Part shown: positions 24,941 to 37,812 of the stretch, in pieces
Layout of the letters: the number at the start of each line of letters is the position of its first letter
Numbering within the stretch: the first letter of the stretch is position 1
DNA from: Octopus sinensis
Taxonomy: Eukaryota
Direction of reading: 5' to 3'
Assembly: GCF_006345805.1 (NCBI RefSeq)
Contig: NC_043011.1
Span: 35,042,464-35,106,463 of the forward strand
Length of the DNA: 64,000 bases
The notes under the pieces: generated by a model
Told to the model about the DNA's origin: nothing
Seen by the model: only the letters and a program-made list of their open reading frames with translations
Databases searched by the model: none
Made by a program: the position numbers and the translations under genes

Positions 24941-25499
24941 TGATCGCAAGAGTGTAGTTTCGATTCTTGGCTCGAGCAATGTGGTATGCTCTCGATCACA
25001 ACACTTCATTTTATGTTGCTCCAGGCTTGCAAAAATGAGAAATGTTGCGTCAGGCTCGGTAACCCATTCATGGGAGAATACGTATGCCAGATAATCCGGA
25101 AAATGGCCTTCTGAGACTGGGGCTTGGGAAGGACTTTTTTATTTTATTTTTTCTGTGTATCAATTTTTTAAATGATTTAAGTTGAAATTCTGGAAGATTT
25201 TAAGAATTTTTCCCGAACGCAAGTTTTGGCATCTGAATCTTGGACATCTGCAAAATACAGGCAGGGTTTTAAAATGTTATGATTTAAAAATTTTATTTTC
25301 TTATATAACATAAACACGTACATCTTTTAGAACATTGTCATTTTATAAGATTTTACTGGCAAATTCTTAAATTAACCTAAACGTTTATTTGCATAAAATG
25401 AAAGAAAATTATCGGAGAACTTCTAATTCTTCCAAATTTTCCTGCTAAAACTACTGAAACCATTTGTGGAGGATAAAGAAAGAAAGAAGAAAAAACCCA

Positions 25500-25873
25500 A
25501 CAAAGCAATGCGGCACTAAACGCTTCAATTGGTCACACACCACAAAGTGCAACGGAACCTACTGAAGCAAGTCATCACGCAAGCAGCATTAGCACGGGCG
25601 ATGGTGAGGCTAAGGCGTTGGGAAAACCAGGTTTCCCCCCCCGCCCCGCGGGCATCACCACACATCGGCGAGAACGATAAGAAGAACTTTGCGGTTAGTG
25701 GCCCAATTCCTCCGAACGTGTCAAATGCCACAGGTTGGAAAGAGATAGTTTACTGTCAGGTCCCGGGTCCCGGTACTTCGGGGTTTTGTTCCGTTCGGCT
25801 ACGGAAGCAGTGACCCCCCCCCCCATTTACTGCAGCATCCTGGATGTGGGAGGGAGCAGAAGAATCGCAGATT
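25500..25873 (+). promoter_or_regulatory. CpG-enriched promoter/5' UTR-like segment
   Basis: Local rise in GC and CpG against the AT-rich background, ETS-like cggaag motif, directly upstream of a candidate start exon. Confidence 0.5.
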
Positions 25874-25899
25874 ATGGCGTCTCAAATGAAGGACAGAGG
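25874..25899 (+). CDS. Candidate first coding exon of an unidentified gene (MASQMKDR-G)
   Basis: attATGGCG start context, 26 nt, strong donor GG|GTAAGA; too short to identify the product. Confidence 0.4.
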
Positions 25900-25949
25900 G
25901 TAAGACCATCTGGTCTCTTTCCATCACTTCGGCAGCAGAACTGATTATA

Positions 25950-26306
25950 CTCTTTTATTTGTTTCAGTCATTTGACTGTGGCCATGCTAGAGCACCGCCT
26001 TTAGTCGAGCAAATCGACCCCTGAACTTATTCTTTGTAAGCCTAGTACTTATTCTATCGGTCTATTTTGCCGAACCGCTAGGTTACGGGAACGTAAACAC
26101 ACAAGCGATGTTGGGCGGGGGACAAACACAGATATACACATCGACGGGCTTCTTTCAGTTTCCATCTACCAAATCCACTCACAAGGTTTTGGTCGGCCCG
26201 ACGCTATAGTAGAAGATATTTGCCCAAGGTGCCACGCAGTGGGACTGAACTCGGAACCATGTGGTCGGTAAGCAAGCTACTTACCACACAGCCATTCCTG
26301 CGCCCA
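25950..26306 (-). mobile_element. SINE family A
   Basis: Family A consensus on the minus strand. Confidence 0.85.
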
Positions 26307-26319
26307 TGAAAGTTAAAAG

Positions 26320-26385
26320 CTGCTTGGGGACTCGAACTCAGATTACCCGAAAACACGGCCGACGTTCTACCATTGGACCAAGCAG
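26320..26385 (-). pseudogene. tRNA-like fragment (pseudo-tRNA or SINE head)
   Basis: Acceptor-like ctgcttgg/ccaagcag ends, tggtccaatggtagaac A-box-like and gagttcgagtcc B-box-like motifs; anticodon arm degenerate. Confidence 0.4.
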
Positions 26386-26494
26386 TTCTTCAACTGTTAA
26401 CTATTATAATGAAATAAAAATACTTTCGATTTTAAAAACTCAAAATTCAGTGTAAACAAAATTGTAGTATAAATATCAGCGGTATTTATCTTCG

Positions 26495-27190
26495 AGCTGG
26501 CAGAAACGTTAGCACGCCGGGCGAAATGCTTAGCGGTATTTCGTCTGCGTTACGTTGTGAGTTCAAATTCCGCCAAGGTCGACTTTGCCTTTCATCCTAT
26601 CGGGGTCGATAAATTAAGTACCAGTTACGCACTGGGGTCGATGTAATCGACTTAATACCTATGTCTGTTCTTGTTTGTCCGCTCTGTGTTTAACCCCTTG
26701 TGGGTAATAAAGAAATAGGTATTTATCTTGGGTGGTCCTGTCGTACAGACGCAGTGTTGATGTATTATTTTAAAGCTAAGAAAATGACTGGCGTGTTTAG
26801 AGCTTCGTTCCAAAGGCGTTTCCACGAAGCTGGGATGCACAGCTTAAAATTTATTTTTACATTTTTCTTTTCTTTGCTTCAGTCATTTTGATTGCGACCA
26901 TGCTGGAGCACCGCCTTTTAGTCGAACAAATCGACCTCAGCACTTATTCTTTGTAAGTCTGGTACTTTTCTATCGGTTGCTTTTGCCGAACCGTTACAGG
27001 GACGCAAACACACCTACATCGATTTCAAGCGATGGTGGGTACACACACATACACATATACGATTGGCTTCTTTCAGTTTCCGTCTACCAAATTCTCTTGG
27101 TCAGCCCACCCAAGGTGCCACGCAGTGGGACTGAACACGGAACCGTGTCGTTGGGAAGCAACCTTCTTACCACACAGCCACGCTTGCGCC
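26495..27190. mobile_element. SINE family B (+, 26495-26725) and SINE family A (-, about 26865-27190)
   Basis: Match to the two consensuses seen elsewhere in the window. Confidence 0.8.
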
Positions 27191-28275
27191 TATATTCACT
27201 TCAAAATTACCGCGAATTCCCAGTACATTCTCTCTAGGACATAGTAATTAATGTTTCTGTCTCGCTGAAGCTTTTAAAAATAATTACGAATCCTTATTTT
27301 TACCTTTCCTTACTCTCAGACAACATAGCATGAATAAATTTACGGCAAGACTTCCCTTACCCCGAAAACACCCCTTTTTGAAATTCAATTTTTTTTTCTA
27401 TACAAACCCCCGTTTTCGGCTACGGAGAATACGAATCTGCAAAGAAAGAAAGAAATAAATAAAAGGCAAACGTCGGCATTTTGAAATTGCACCCCTTCTA
27501 AATTCTTCATTTTAAACTTTTTTCACAAATTTTGTTTTTTTCAAAATATGCGGAAAAGTACGGAGATTATGAGTCTGAAAAAAGTTTCCAAAACTTTTTC
27601 TACTTAGGGTTTTAGGGTTAGGTTTACGGAAAAAAGTGAAAAATGAAGAATTGGAGCGGGGAGAGCAAAAAATATCAAAATTCCGATTTTTGGCAATTCT
27701 CCGGAATCTCCGTATCCGAAAACGTGGGTTTTTGGCAAATGAAATTAAAAAAAAACAATAATTTGCGAGAAAATGGTGGTGGGACGGGAGGAATACTTTC
27801 TAAATTTACTATATGGGTATACTGTGTAAAATCAATACTTTTAAATTGGAAATATTGTTCGTTAATCAGCGGTTGTGGCGAAGTAATTATTCGGTGTCAA
27901 AATACTGTAGCGAATCGAATATGCATAGCTCCAGAGAACTTACGATAATGCCGTTCAGCAAGGGAAACAACTCTTTACATTATTTCCCTTGGATCTTCAT
28001 ATTTTTTTACATTTGCTTCAGTTTGGAGATGATGTAACGCTTGTCGATTTTTGCAAACATCAGGCAGGCATTGCAGTGTGGTCAAGAAAGCTAGCTTTGC
28101 AATTACGTGAATTTGAGTTTGTCCCGCTGCGCGGCATCTTGAGCGAATGTCTGATGCTATAGTCTCCGCGATTACTTACGATTTATGAGTGAATATGGTA
28201 GATGGTAACTGTGAAAGCTCGCCATATTTAGGGCGGGGCAGAGAGGACGGACGTAATCGAAATTACTTATATATG

Positions 28276-28320
<45 letters not shown>

Positions 28321-28336
28321 ACTGAATTACGCTAAT

Positions 28337-28916
28337 GTCTTTTCAACTACCATGAAAATCTCCGAAACAATAACATACTTTTATATGAAGGTAATAAGAA
28401 ATATGATGAAACCACACACACGACTTTATAATTTCGCGTTTCGAATTTAAAGTAAATTATATGTTCCTATAATTCTCGTCTGTGTGGCACTCCGAGTTAT
28501 AAGTTTGCGAGTGTTAGGATTAAATACGGACGCGATCACAGTTAATTAATTTCACCCTATATTAGTATTAAAATTATAATTTCCTCCATGATCGAAACTG
28601 CAGTTCTTCTGCGGGATTGGTCTTAACACACACGTGGGTATAAAGGATACGTATCACTTTAGGCTGTATATTTTTCGGAGTGAGGTTGAATATCAGTTAT
28701 GCGATGACGCTTGATCGCATAAATATTTAATCCTAATACTCGCAAACTTATAACTCGGAGTATCACACCGAAGAGAATAATAGGTAAATATAATTTACTT
28801 TAAATTCGAAACGCGTCTGTGATTAACCGAAGTCGTGTGGATTCAGCATTTTTCTTTTTACCTACATAAAAAAAGTGTGTTATTGTCTCGGAGATTTTCA
28901 TGGTAGTTGAAAAGAT
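28337..28916. mobile_element. Foldback/MITE with about 200-bp imperfect inverted arms
   Basis: tcttttcaactaccatgaaaatctccga...ctccgagttataagtttgcgagt is mirrored by actcgcaaacttataactcggag...ggagattttcatggtagttgaaaaga. Confidence 0.75.
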
Positions 28917-29104
28917 TTTAACGTCTATTTCTAATTCAGTAGGTGGCGAGGCACTTAGCTAACCCCTGATAATAATTATGTATATAATTATAGAATATTT
29001 TGTATAATTCACCTAAAAAAGGTTTTTTAACGTAAAATTATTAATTATTAATTAATTTTACTCTATATTATTATTTGTATACACACACAAACACACACAC
29101 ACAA

Positions 29105-29148
<44 letters not shown>

Positions 29149-29341
29149 ATATATATGTAAATATATGTATATATATATATATGTATTAATAAATGAAATA
29201 AAACATATGCATATATATAAACATATATGTACGTACCTACCTCTACATGTACATATACACGCATATATGAAGGACACCAAAGGGACGTCGAACTCAATGA
29301 GAAACGAAAACATAGACACAAACCAAATATATATATATATT

Positions 29342-32300
29342 GTTTCAGCTCAGAGCTGCGGCCATGCTGATGCACCGCCGTTTTGTGCTACACTGTTATT
29401 ACTGAGAGCCTCCTCTAATATGTGGCACTTGGTGAAGAATGGAGTTTGATATAGCTACCTTCATTTGCACCTCTGGGACTCTCGACAGGAAGATGTCCAT
29501 CTTTGATTTAAAAACCGCTACATCTACTTTGTGCAAGTTCCTCAGACTCTTTGGGAGAATATTAAAAAGCTGTGGGCCCTTCAAACCCAGGCTGTTGCAG
29601 TAGCTGGTCCTGAAGCGTGATGGCATTGCTGGGATCTGTGGCACTATGCAGTGTCGTCCCGTTCTAGCATTGGTGTAGCTTACAATGCCAAAATTTGGCA
29701 CAATTCCTTCCAGGATCTTCCAGATATCTATTACTGCATACCTCTCCCGTCTTCTCTCCAGGGAGTAGAGTCTTAGCTGTTTCAACCTTTCCCAGTAGCT
29801 GAGCTGTTGCAAAGAGACGATCTTCTTTGTGAATCTTCTCAGGATTGCTTCAAGGTCCGGTATTAATTTCACACTGGTGGGTGACCATAGCTGTGAGCAG
29901 TAATCCAGGCTGCTGAGGACGAATGTCCGCCAGAGGACCATCATGGTTTCCTTATCTCTGGTTCTGAATGTTCTTAGGATCCATCCAGCCAGTCGTCTGC
30001 ACTTTGTCTCCATCCTGGTAATGTGCACTAGGAAAGAGGCATCATCACTCATGTCGATACCCAGGTCCCTCACAGACTTAGGCTCTGGGATTGAAATTCC
30101 CTGTGGACTGGTGTACCCTGTAAGTTTAATATTCAGTTTTGGATGCTGGTAGCGCAGGGCCTGGGATTTTTCAGCATTAAACTGCATATTATTATCCTCA
30201 GCTCATCTGTAGATTGAGTCCAACTCCTGCTGTAGGTGTGCAATATCGCTGGGGTTCTGTATTTTCTGCGAGACTTTCGTATCGTCTGCATAGCTTGCCA
30301 GAGTGGCTATCCGGGCATTTGAGGGCATATCTGAGAAGGCCACTATAAAAAGCGTTGGTCCCAAGAGAGTGCCCTGTGGAACACCGCTCACTATTTGTGT
30401 GTTCATAGAGGTGGCTCCATTAACCACTACTGCCTGACTCCTATCTTTCAGGAAGTCATGTAACCACACTCCAAGTTTTCCAGCTATGCTGAGGTCACGC
30501 AGTTTGTGGCATATCATACCATGATCCACCTTGTCAAAAGCTTTTGCAAAATCAAGGTATATTACGTCCACATTTGATTTGTTGAGTAACTGCCTAAACA
30601 CCCAGTCATAATGTTGTAAGAGCTGGGTCAGGCAGCTCCTACCTGGTCGAAAACCATGCTGGGTATCACTCAGCAAGTTATTTTCCTCAAGGAATGCGAT
30701 TAGTTTCTTTCTGACTATCCGTTCCATGACTTTGCTGATGTGTGAAGTCAGAGAGATAGGCCTATAGTTTTTGGCATCTGCTCTACTTCCCCCTTTATGT
30801 ATTGGGCATATTATTCCCTCCTTCAGCTTGCTTGGCAGTTTGCCATTTGTAAGAAAGCTCTGGAAGAGAATCTTGAGGGGTTTTGCCAGGGCATGCTTAC
30901 ACGCTTTGAGGAGGATTGCTGGGAAACCATTAGGAGCAGCAGTTGAGTTTGTGTCCACTTCATCTATGGCTAGTTGGACATCTTCTTCGCTAATGTCACT
31001 GTATTCTATTGTAACTGCCTCGCTGGTTATAGGTGAGGCGGCAAAGAAGTCCACTGGTTCGTTCACTTGTCTGTGTTCTAACGGGGTGGTAAAGACACTT
31101 TTGAACTGGTCATTCAGCATCTCACTGATCTTAGTTGGACTGTGAGGGAGCCATCCTTTTGGAGGAGGGGTCCTATCTTGTAGTGTACTGAAACTGTTTC
31201 TTTCGCGTAATGAAAGAAGGCCTTTGGGTTTGATTTAATGTTTTTTATAACCCAGGCTTCTTTATCTGCTTTCTCCCTCACATAGGATTGTTGCAGCCTT
31301 TTTTCGATCTCCATCAGTGTTGTTTTTAGGCGGGATGTTTCGCTACTTTTGGGATGTTGGTTGAGTCGATTTGCAACCTTCGTCCGTCGTCTCATGAGGA
31401 TCTTCCTGTCTCTTGGAATCTTGCTCCTATTTGTTTTGGCCTTGTGCTCTGGGACATATTTCTGGCATACGGCTTGCACAGAAGACATGAAACATTCTAG
31501 TTTCATGTCAATGTCTAGTGTGAGAGACATTTCGGCCAGTCCTCTCTGAGGATCTCTTTTTGGATCGATTTCCAATCTGCTTTGTGGAAGTTCAGATTGG
31601 AGAGATTTCGGGTGCTTTCTTTAGGCTGTATGTCTCTGGTTACTTTCGGCCCAAACATAGACAGTTCTATTATGTTGTGATCTGAGACCAATGTCGGTGT
31701 CACTTTCACATCATGAATGATGTCCATATTGTTCGTGAAGCAGAGATCCAGAATGTTATTCGCCCTAGTTGGTTTGAGTACAACTTGCTCCATGAATAAG
31801 GCATTGGTGAGGTTGAGCAGGGACTCCACCTGTACTTGCTTGCAATGATTCATTCCTGAGAGTATGAGACCTTCGGGCCATTTGACGTTGGGGAAGTTGA
31901 AATCACCCATAAGAAATATGGTCATGTGGTGTTTCAGATTCATGAGGATTTCTTTAATTCTTGTGAGGCAATCTTCAAACTTGCCTATGTGGTTTGGAGC
32001 TACCGGTGGGCAATATGTATTGCATATGACTATATTATGTTGTCTTATGTATACAATTAAAGTGTCACATACCGAATTTGAGTTTGTCAGTATGACCTAG
32101 GGTGTGAGGTCATCCCGGATGTATACAGCAACTTCATCATGGCTCCTTTCCCTTCCGTCTGTTCGCAGTATGGCATAGTTTGGTACGTGTACTTCTGCGT
32201 CCTCTATATCAGGTCTGAGGTGAGTTTCCACGAGTGCTGTGCATAGGGCTTGATTGCATGCAGTAAGATCTCTCAGGAAAGACATTTTTTTTTTATTTTG

Positions 32301-33960
32301 ACGCAAGAGGCCCCCAATGTTTAGTAAAAGTATTGGGGTGACGGCTGTGCAGGCGTTGGGGGAGGCCATCCCGTGTCTGTTGACTGTGGTGGTCTTGCAT
32401 AGTGGTGGGCAAGGTTCCTTTTTTGTGCTTGGTGTAGCCAGGTTAGCTGCCGAACAATTCTTTCCGCCATGCATAAAAAAGACTCTTGCTCAGCTGCTGC
32501 GTTGCGCAGAACATTTGAGGAGCAAACTTCTTTTCTGAATGTTTTCCTGGGAGACATTTCTTGTCTTCCCTCAGTAAAGCTTTTCTCTTTGAGTCCCCTG
32601 AAGTTCTGGCGGGGTGTCGGGTGAGCAAACCGGCAGTTTTTGCCGTCCTCCCCATGCCAACATTTGCCCCGCAGGTAGAATTTACAGGTTCTTCGGTGCC
32701 TTCCAGATGTCTTCTTTCCTGAAGTGTACTGGGTGGCGTTGGATCCTCCATGGGGTTCTCTGCTGTTTGTGTGGTGGGTTGGGGTTTCAGCTTTGGTTGT
32801 TTTGCCTTTTCCTTCCTTTCCTTCTTTATTTTTGTTTTCCGTCCTTCTTTTTTTCTTCTGTTCTTTCTAATTTCTCATTTCTTTGTAGGACCACTGGTAC
32901 AGGGGGGCTTCCAGTTTCTGCTCCATTGGCTCCCCTATCCTTCTCTGCCCGGTCGTTCACCGGGGTAGGTGATCTATTTTCTTGAGGAACCTCTGGATTA
33001 CAGAGACTTCCGGGTTCTTTTTCTTTTTCGTCCTCTTCATCCTTATTAGCCTTGCCACAATAATTTTCAATTATGTTATCCAAGGTGTTGATGTGTGGTC
33101 TTATAAGCATGTAAGACCGGATAAATTCATTTTTCTTCCGTTCTATCTGGTCAATGGTTCTATGAAAGCAATTGTTCTTTAGCGTAGCAGTGATGATGTT
33201 GTTTGGCGGATCGCCACTAGCAATCGTCCATGCTTGTAACAGAAGATTTAACTCTTTCTTTTCCCACTTTGGTGCCATCTTCGTTTTTGAAGCCCAGAGG
33301 GGGAGTAGAGGTTAGAGAGGTAATGAGAGATAGAGAGAGGTAGAGACGGAGAAACACTGAGGGGGGAAATAGGGAAAAAGAGAGGGAGATATGAAGGAAA
33401 GAGAGAGGTGCAATGAAAGAAATAGAGAGGGTGATAGGAGGAAAGCAAGTGTGGCGTGTTAAAGAGGTAGAGGAAGGGGAGAGAAAGAGAGACAACGTGA
33501 GGGAGAGGAGGGGAATAGAAAGAGAGACGGTGAAGGAGAAGAGAGGAAGAGAAAGAGAGGCAGCGTGAAGGAGAGGAAGGGAAGAGAAAGAGAGACAGAG
33601 GGAGGGAGAGGTTTACAAGAGCAAGAGAGACAGAGTGAAGGAGAGACAGGAAAGGATGAATGATGGGAGAGAGAGGGAGAGACGGAGTGAGAAGAATGGG
33701 CAAATGAGAAGTATATGAGAGAGAGGGTAAGGTGACGAGAGGAGAGGTAGATGTGAGATGAAAAGGAAAGAGAAATGAGAAAAGAGGAGGATATGAAAGG
33801 GAGGGAGAGAGATGAGAAAAAGGGTAAGATATGCAAGAGAGAGAGGGAAAGAGTAAGCGTAAAGAGAGGTAAAGGAAGGGAGAGAGGAGCTGGAAGTGGA
33901 GGAATATATGTAAGGAATATATGTACGGGCGTCCTGGCATATTTATCACTTTCACCTGTA
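29342..33960 (-). mobile_element. CR1-like LINE, near full length, frameshifted (ORF1 plus APE-RT ORF2)
   Basis: APE motifs (LNIGGL, ETHL, GDFNFP, LDLCFTN, SDH) at 32360-31600; RT motifs (YRPISLTS, LDFAKAFDKVDH, SGVPQG, YADDTK) at 31120-30200; CR1-type C-terminus LSYWERLKQLRLYSLERRR; long CT-rich 5' region. 5' boundary approximate. Confidence 0.93.
32440..33278 (-). pseudogene. LINE ORF1 remnant: Myb/SANT-like N-terminus plus CCCH zinc finger
   Basis: MAPKWEKKELNLLLQAW...FHRTIDQIERKKNEFIRSY; across a frameshift CKFYLRGKCWHGRT(G)KNCRFAHP. Confidence 0.6.
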
Positions 33961-33989
33961 ATCCTAGGTGGGGGGAGATTGGAATAGGG

Positions 33990-36826
33990 TCAGCAGGCCA
34001 AAGACAGACATCATCTCATTGCGCGGGTCTTCCATTTGAAATTATACAAACTCATGAACTTCATCACCAAAGGTCAAATATTTGACCCCGTGCGATGCGA
34101 CATGTATACCGTCGAATGGCAGAAAAAGGGTTTTCCTCATGCTTATATCCTAATTTGGTTGTCCACACAGATTGCATCCGATGCAATTGATAATTTAATC
34201 TCAGCCGAGTTCCCTGACCCCTCTATCGATAGGACTCTCTTTGAGACAGAAGGCTAACATGATCCAAAGTCCCTGCAGACGAGGATTCAACCTTCGATTG
34301 CCTTGCATGAAGGGGTCAGTTTGCAGCAAGAAATACCCAAAACAATTCCTCCAGGAAACACAATCCGGGCACGATTGGTACCCTCTGTGCAGACGAAGGA
34401 AACCAGAGGACGGTGGATTCACAGCGCATGTTGGTCCGTATGAAGTAGACAACAGATGGATAGTGCCTTACTGCCCAATCCAGTCGAAGGCATTCGATGC
34501 TTACATAAATGTCGAGCTCTGCAATTCTGTAAAGTCCATCAAATATGTGTGCAAGTACATCAACAGAGGCCCTGATGCTGCTGTGTTCGGCCTGCAACCA
34601 GACGGAGTCCGAGATGAAATAACGCAATACCAAGTAGGCAGATTCATAATTAGTAACAAAGCCTTCTGGCGCATTTTCGGGTTTCCATTGCATCAAAGGC
34701 ATCCGCCAATCCAGCAGCTTGCAGTGCACCTTGAAAACGGCCAGCATGTGTACTTCACCGCTTCCACTGCTACTCCAGTGTTTGAGCAACCAAAAGATAC
34801 AACACTCACGGCTTTCTTCAAACTCTGCCAGGTAGGCCTGTTTGCACAAGATCTGCTTTATCCTCAAGTCCCGTCATACTACACATGGAATAAGTGTAAG
34901 TGGCAGCGAAGGAAGTCAGGCCGAACCGTTGATGGTCACTCTGAGATTAAATTTGATAATTGCCTCGGCAGAAAGTATACGGTTCACCCGGGCCAACAAG
35001 AATGCTTCTACCTCCGATTGCTGCTTCACGAGGTAAGGGGTCCAAAGTCCTTCGACCAATTAAAGACCGTGAAACGCCATACGCCATACATGTGGTACGT
35101 TCAGGGAGGCCTGCTTACTACGTGGGGGTGTTAGAAGACGGTGCGCAGTGGGATGCTACGCTTGCGGAGGCTGCTGTTTCACAGTCACCGAAAAGTCTCA
35201 GAGCTCTGTTTTCTGTACTCCTGCACATTTGCCAACTTCACGATGCCCATTCATTGTGGTTGAAGTACAGACACGACCTATCAGAAGACTTCCAACTGCA
35301 TCATACCTGCTTGCCTGCTGAAAATGATTTCATTTACCTTGATATAGAGAACAAGACTGTTTCTCTGGGAGGTAATACCTTACCTACATACGGGCTGCCG
35401 CAACCATTGCGCCACGGGACGCCTTCAATACCAACAGAGTTAATACATGAAACATCCTATAACACTGAAGCCCTTAATCAAAACATCCAGTAAAATGAGC
35501 CCAAACGTCTGCCTGAGCAACAGTGGGCTTACACATGCAGAAACGAAAAAAGGGTATTTTTTTTCTTGATACGCCTGGAGGGACCGGAAAAACGTTTGTG
35601 ATTCAGCTTCTCCTTGCTAAAGACGTAGCCGTAGCTGTGGCTTCCTCTGGCATTGCAGCAACTTTACTGTTCAGTGGCACGACAGCGCAATCAACCTTTA
35701 AGCTACCATTTGATTTGGTAAGGTCCGCAGTGCCTTCCTGTAACATCACCAAAACGTCTGAAAAGGGCTTGCTTCTCTGGAGTTGCCAGCTGATAGTTTG
35801 TGATGAATGCACAATGACCCACAAGCGATCCCTCGAAGCTCTCAACACCACTCTTCAAGACGTCAGAGACTGTCCCGCTACGATGGGTGGTATAACTCTC
35901 TTCCTGTCTGGCGATTTCCGACAAACGCTTCCTGTAATACCCAAGGGAACCAGGGCAGATGTAGTCAGGGCCTACCCAAAGTCCTCCCCACTGTGGAAAA
36001 ATGTTACAACATTGTCTCTGAAAACAAACAGGAGAGCTCAGCTTCGTGGTGACCAGATGGCATCAGCTTCTGCATCTGACATATTGTCAATCGGAAACGG
36101 TACTGTTCCGCTCAATGAAGACGGAGAACTGTCACTAACTCACCTCTACACCACTGTCAGTAATTCCGATTAACTAGAGGCACATGTCTTTCCAAATCTA
36201 CAAAGGAACTACTTTGACATGAATTGGATTTCCGAAAGAGGCATTTTGGCTCCAAAAAACAGCACAGTAACCGCTCTCAACACTAAGCTGCTGCATTCGC
36301 TTCCCGGAAGGCTGCACAAGCACGAGTCAATCGATTCTGTACCCGGCGACGACCAGGCAGTGAACTATCCAGTGGAGTTTCTTAATTCCCTTGACCCACC
36401 TGGCCTGCCTCCTCAAACACTGGAAGTTAAAGTCGGAGCTCCTGTCATGCTGCTGAGGAATTTAGACTCTCCAAAGCTTTGCAATGGGACACGCTTGGTT
36501 ATTAAGAAAGCTATGCAGTACCTTCTTGAAGTCACCATTTTGTCCGGCTGTTTTCATCCCCAGAATCCCCCTCATTCCATCTGGTGCAGATATTCCCTTT
36601 GCTTTTCACCGTCTGCACTTCCCGCTTAGACTATGTTTTGCAATGTCAATCAATAAGTCACATGGGACAGACACTATTCGTGGCAGGGCTGCATTTAGAT
36701 GAATCATGCTTCTCACACGGTCAGCTATACGTCGGTTCTTCCCGGATGGGAAGCAAGGAAAGTCTCTTCGTTTACTCACGCCGGGGTAGAACGAAAAATA
36801 TTGTCTACCAAGAAGTATTAGGATGA
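33990..36826 (+). mobile_element. Helitron Rep-PIF1 helicase (RepHel) coding remnant, 5'-truncated, frameshifted
   Basis: Rep motifs VEWQKKGFPHAYILIWL and YVCKYIN; SF1B helicase motifs PGGTGKTF, DECTM, GDFRQTLPVI, CNGTRL, FAMSINKSHG, HGQLYVGSSR. Confidence 0.95.
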
Positions 36827-37559
36827 GACTTCGTAACTGTTTAGACTGTTAAAAGGTAACGTACAGCTTCACAAAGCAGCTGATTTAGACATCATCCTCT
36901 CAGACGTGTGTAATGGGCTTTACATCCGCTTTTACTCTAAAACTAACAGTACACAGTCAGCCCATTTCACAAAGAGAAACCTATTAAGTTACACTCCTCT
37001 TAGGGCAGCATTTAGTTTCTTTTTTACAAAAATTAGGAGGGATAATTACTCCAACAATGGCTTAAGGGGCGATCAAGCATCTTTAAGGACGTAACTTCAA
37101 CCGATCTGTATTTTCTTATGCGCTTCTAATGCATTCAGTGTGTAAGCAGAAAGGAGGCATGCAATGTTACGCCAATTAACTGGTAGAGGCTTATGAAAAG
37201 GGCAGAGATACATAGAACGCATTCACTATGACAGTTTCGGGCACTCTGCGACATAAATGGTGTGGACAAACATTCAACGTCGATACTACCCATACGTCAC
37301 AACAACTAATCAACATTCAAGCACTCTTCCCATTTTAATGACGGTCGTACTTAACGATTGTTTTAAACAGCCCAATCCCCAAAAATGCTCACTTGTGAAA
37401 TACACGTTTTGATTCACTCTCTGTGTCTACATCTGATAAACCCAACACAACTTTGCATTATCGGATGGCGCCGGGCAGCAGCGATACAGAGAGGTATACA
37501 ACACGAGTCACTAAATGGACGGACAAACACTTATTTGTCGTAGACTTAGTGCTGTCAGA

Positions 37560-37735
37560 TTACATTGTCAACTCTAACCGTATCCGTCCAATTATAAATT
37601 TTTTATTAAACTCCAATGAGCCTAGTAACAAACTGTATGTTACTTTAACATGTATGCAAAGTTTCATGAAGATTCATCAACAGGCATAGACAGCATCTTG
37701 ACACAAACAGACTGCCGTTTATATATGTATAGATA
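37560..37735 (-). mobile_element. Helitron-type 5' terminal segment
   Basis: Minus strand starts A|TCTATACATATATAAACGGCAGTCTGTTTGTG, resembling the 5' end of the element at 23473-23857. Confidence 0.5.
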
Positions 37736-37743
37736 GATATATG

Positions 37744-37800
<57 letters not shown>

Positions 37801-37812
37801 ATATATATATAT

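Noticed and set aside
33248-33955. 235-aa Ser/Leu/Pro ORF and similar ORFs at 47540-48168, 63022-63318 and 44673-44969
   Set aside because: Translations of GA/CT or TA/CA microsatellites.
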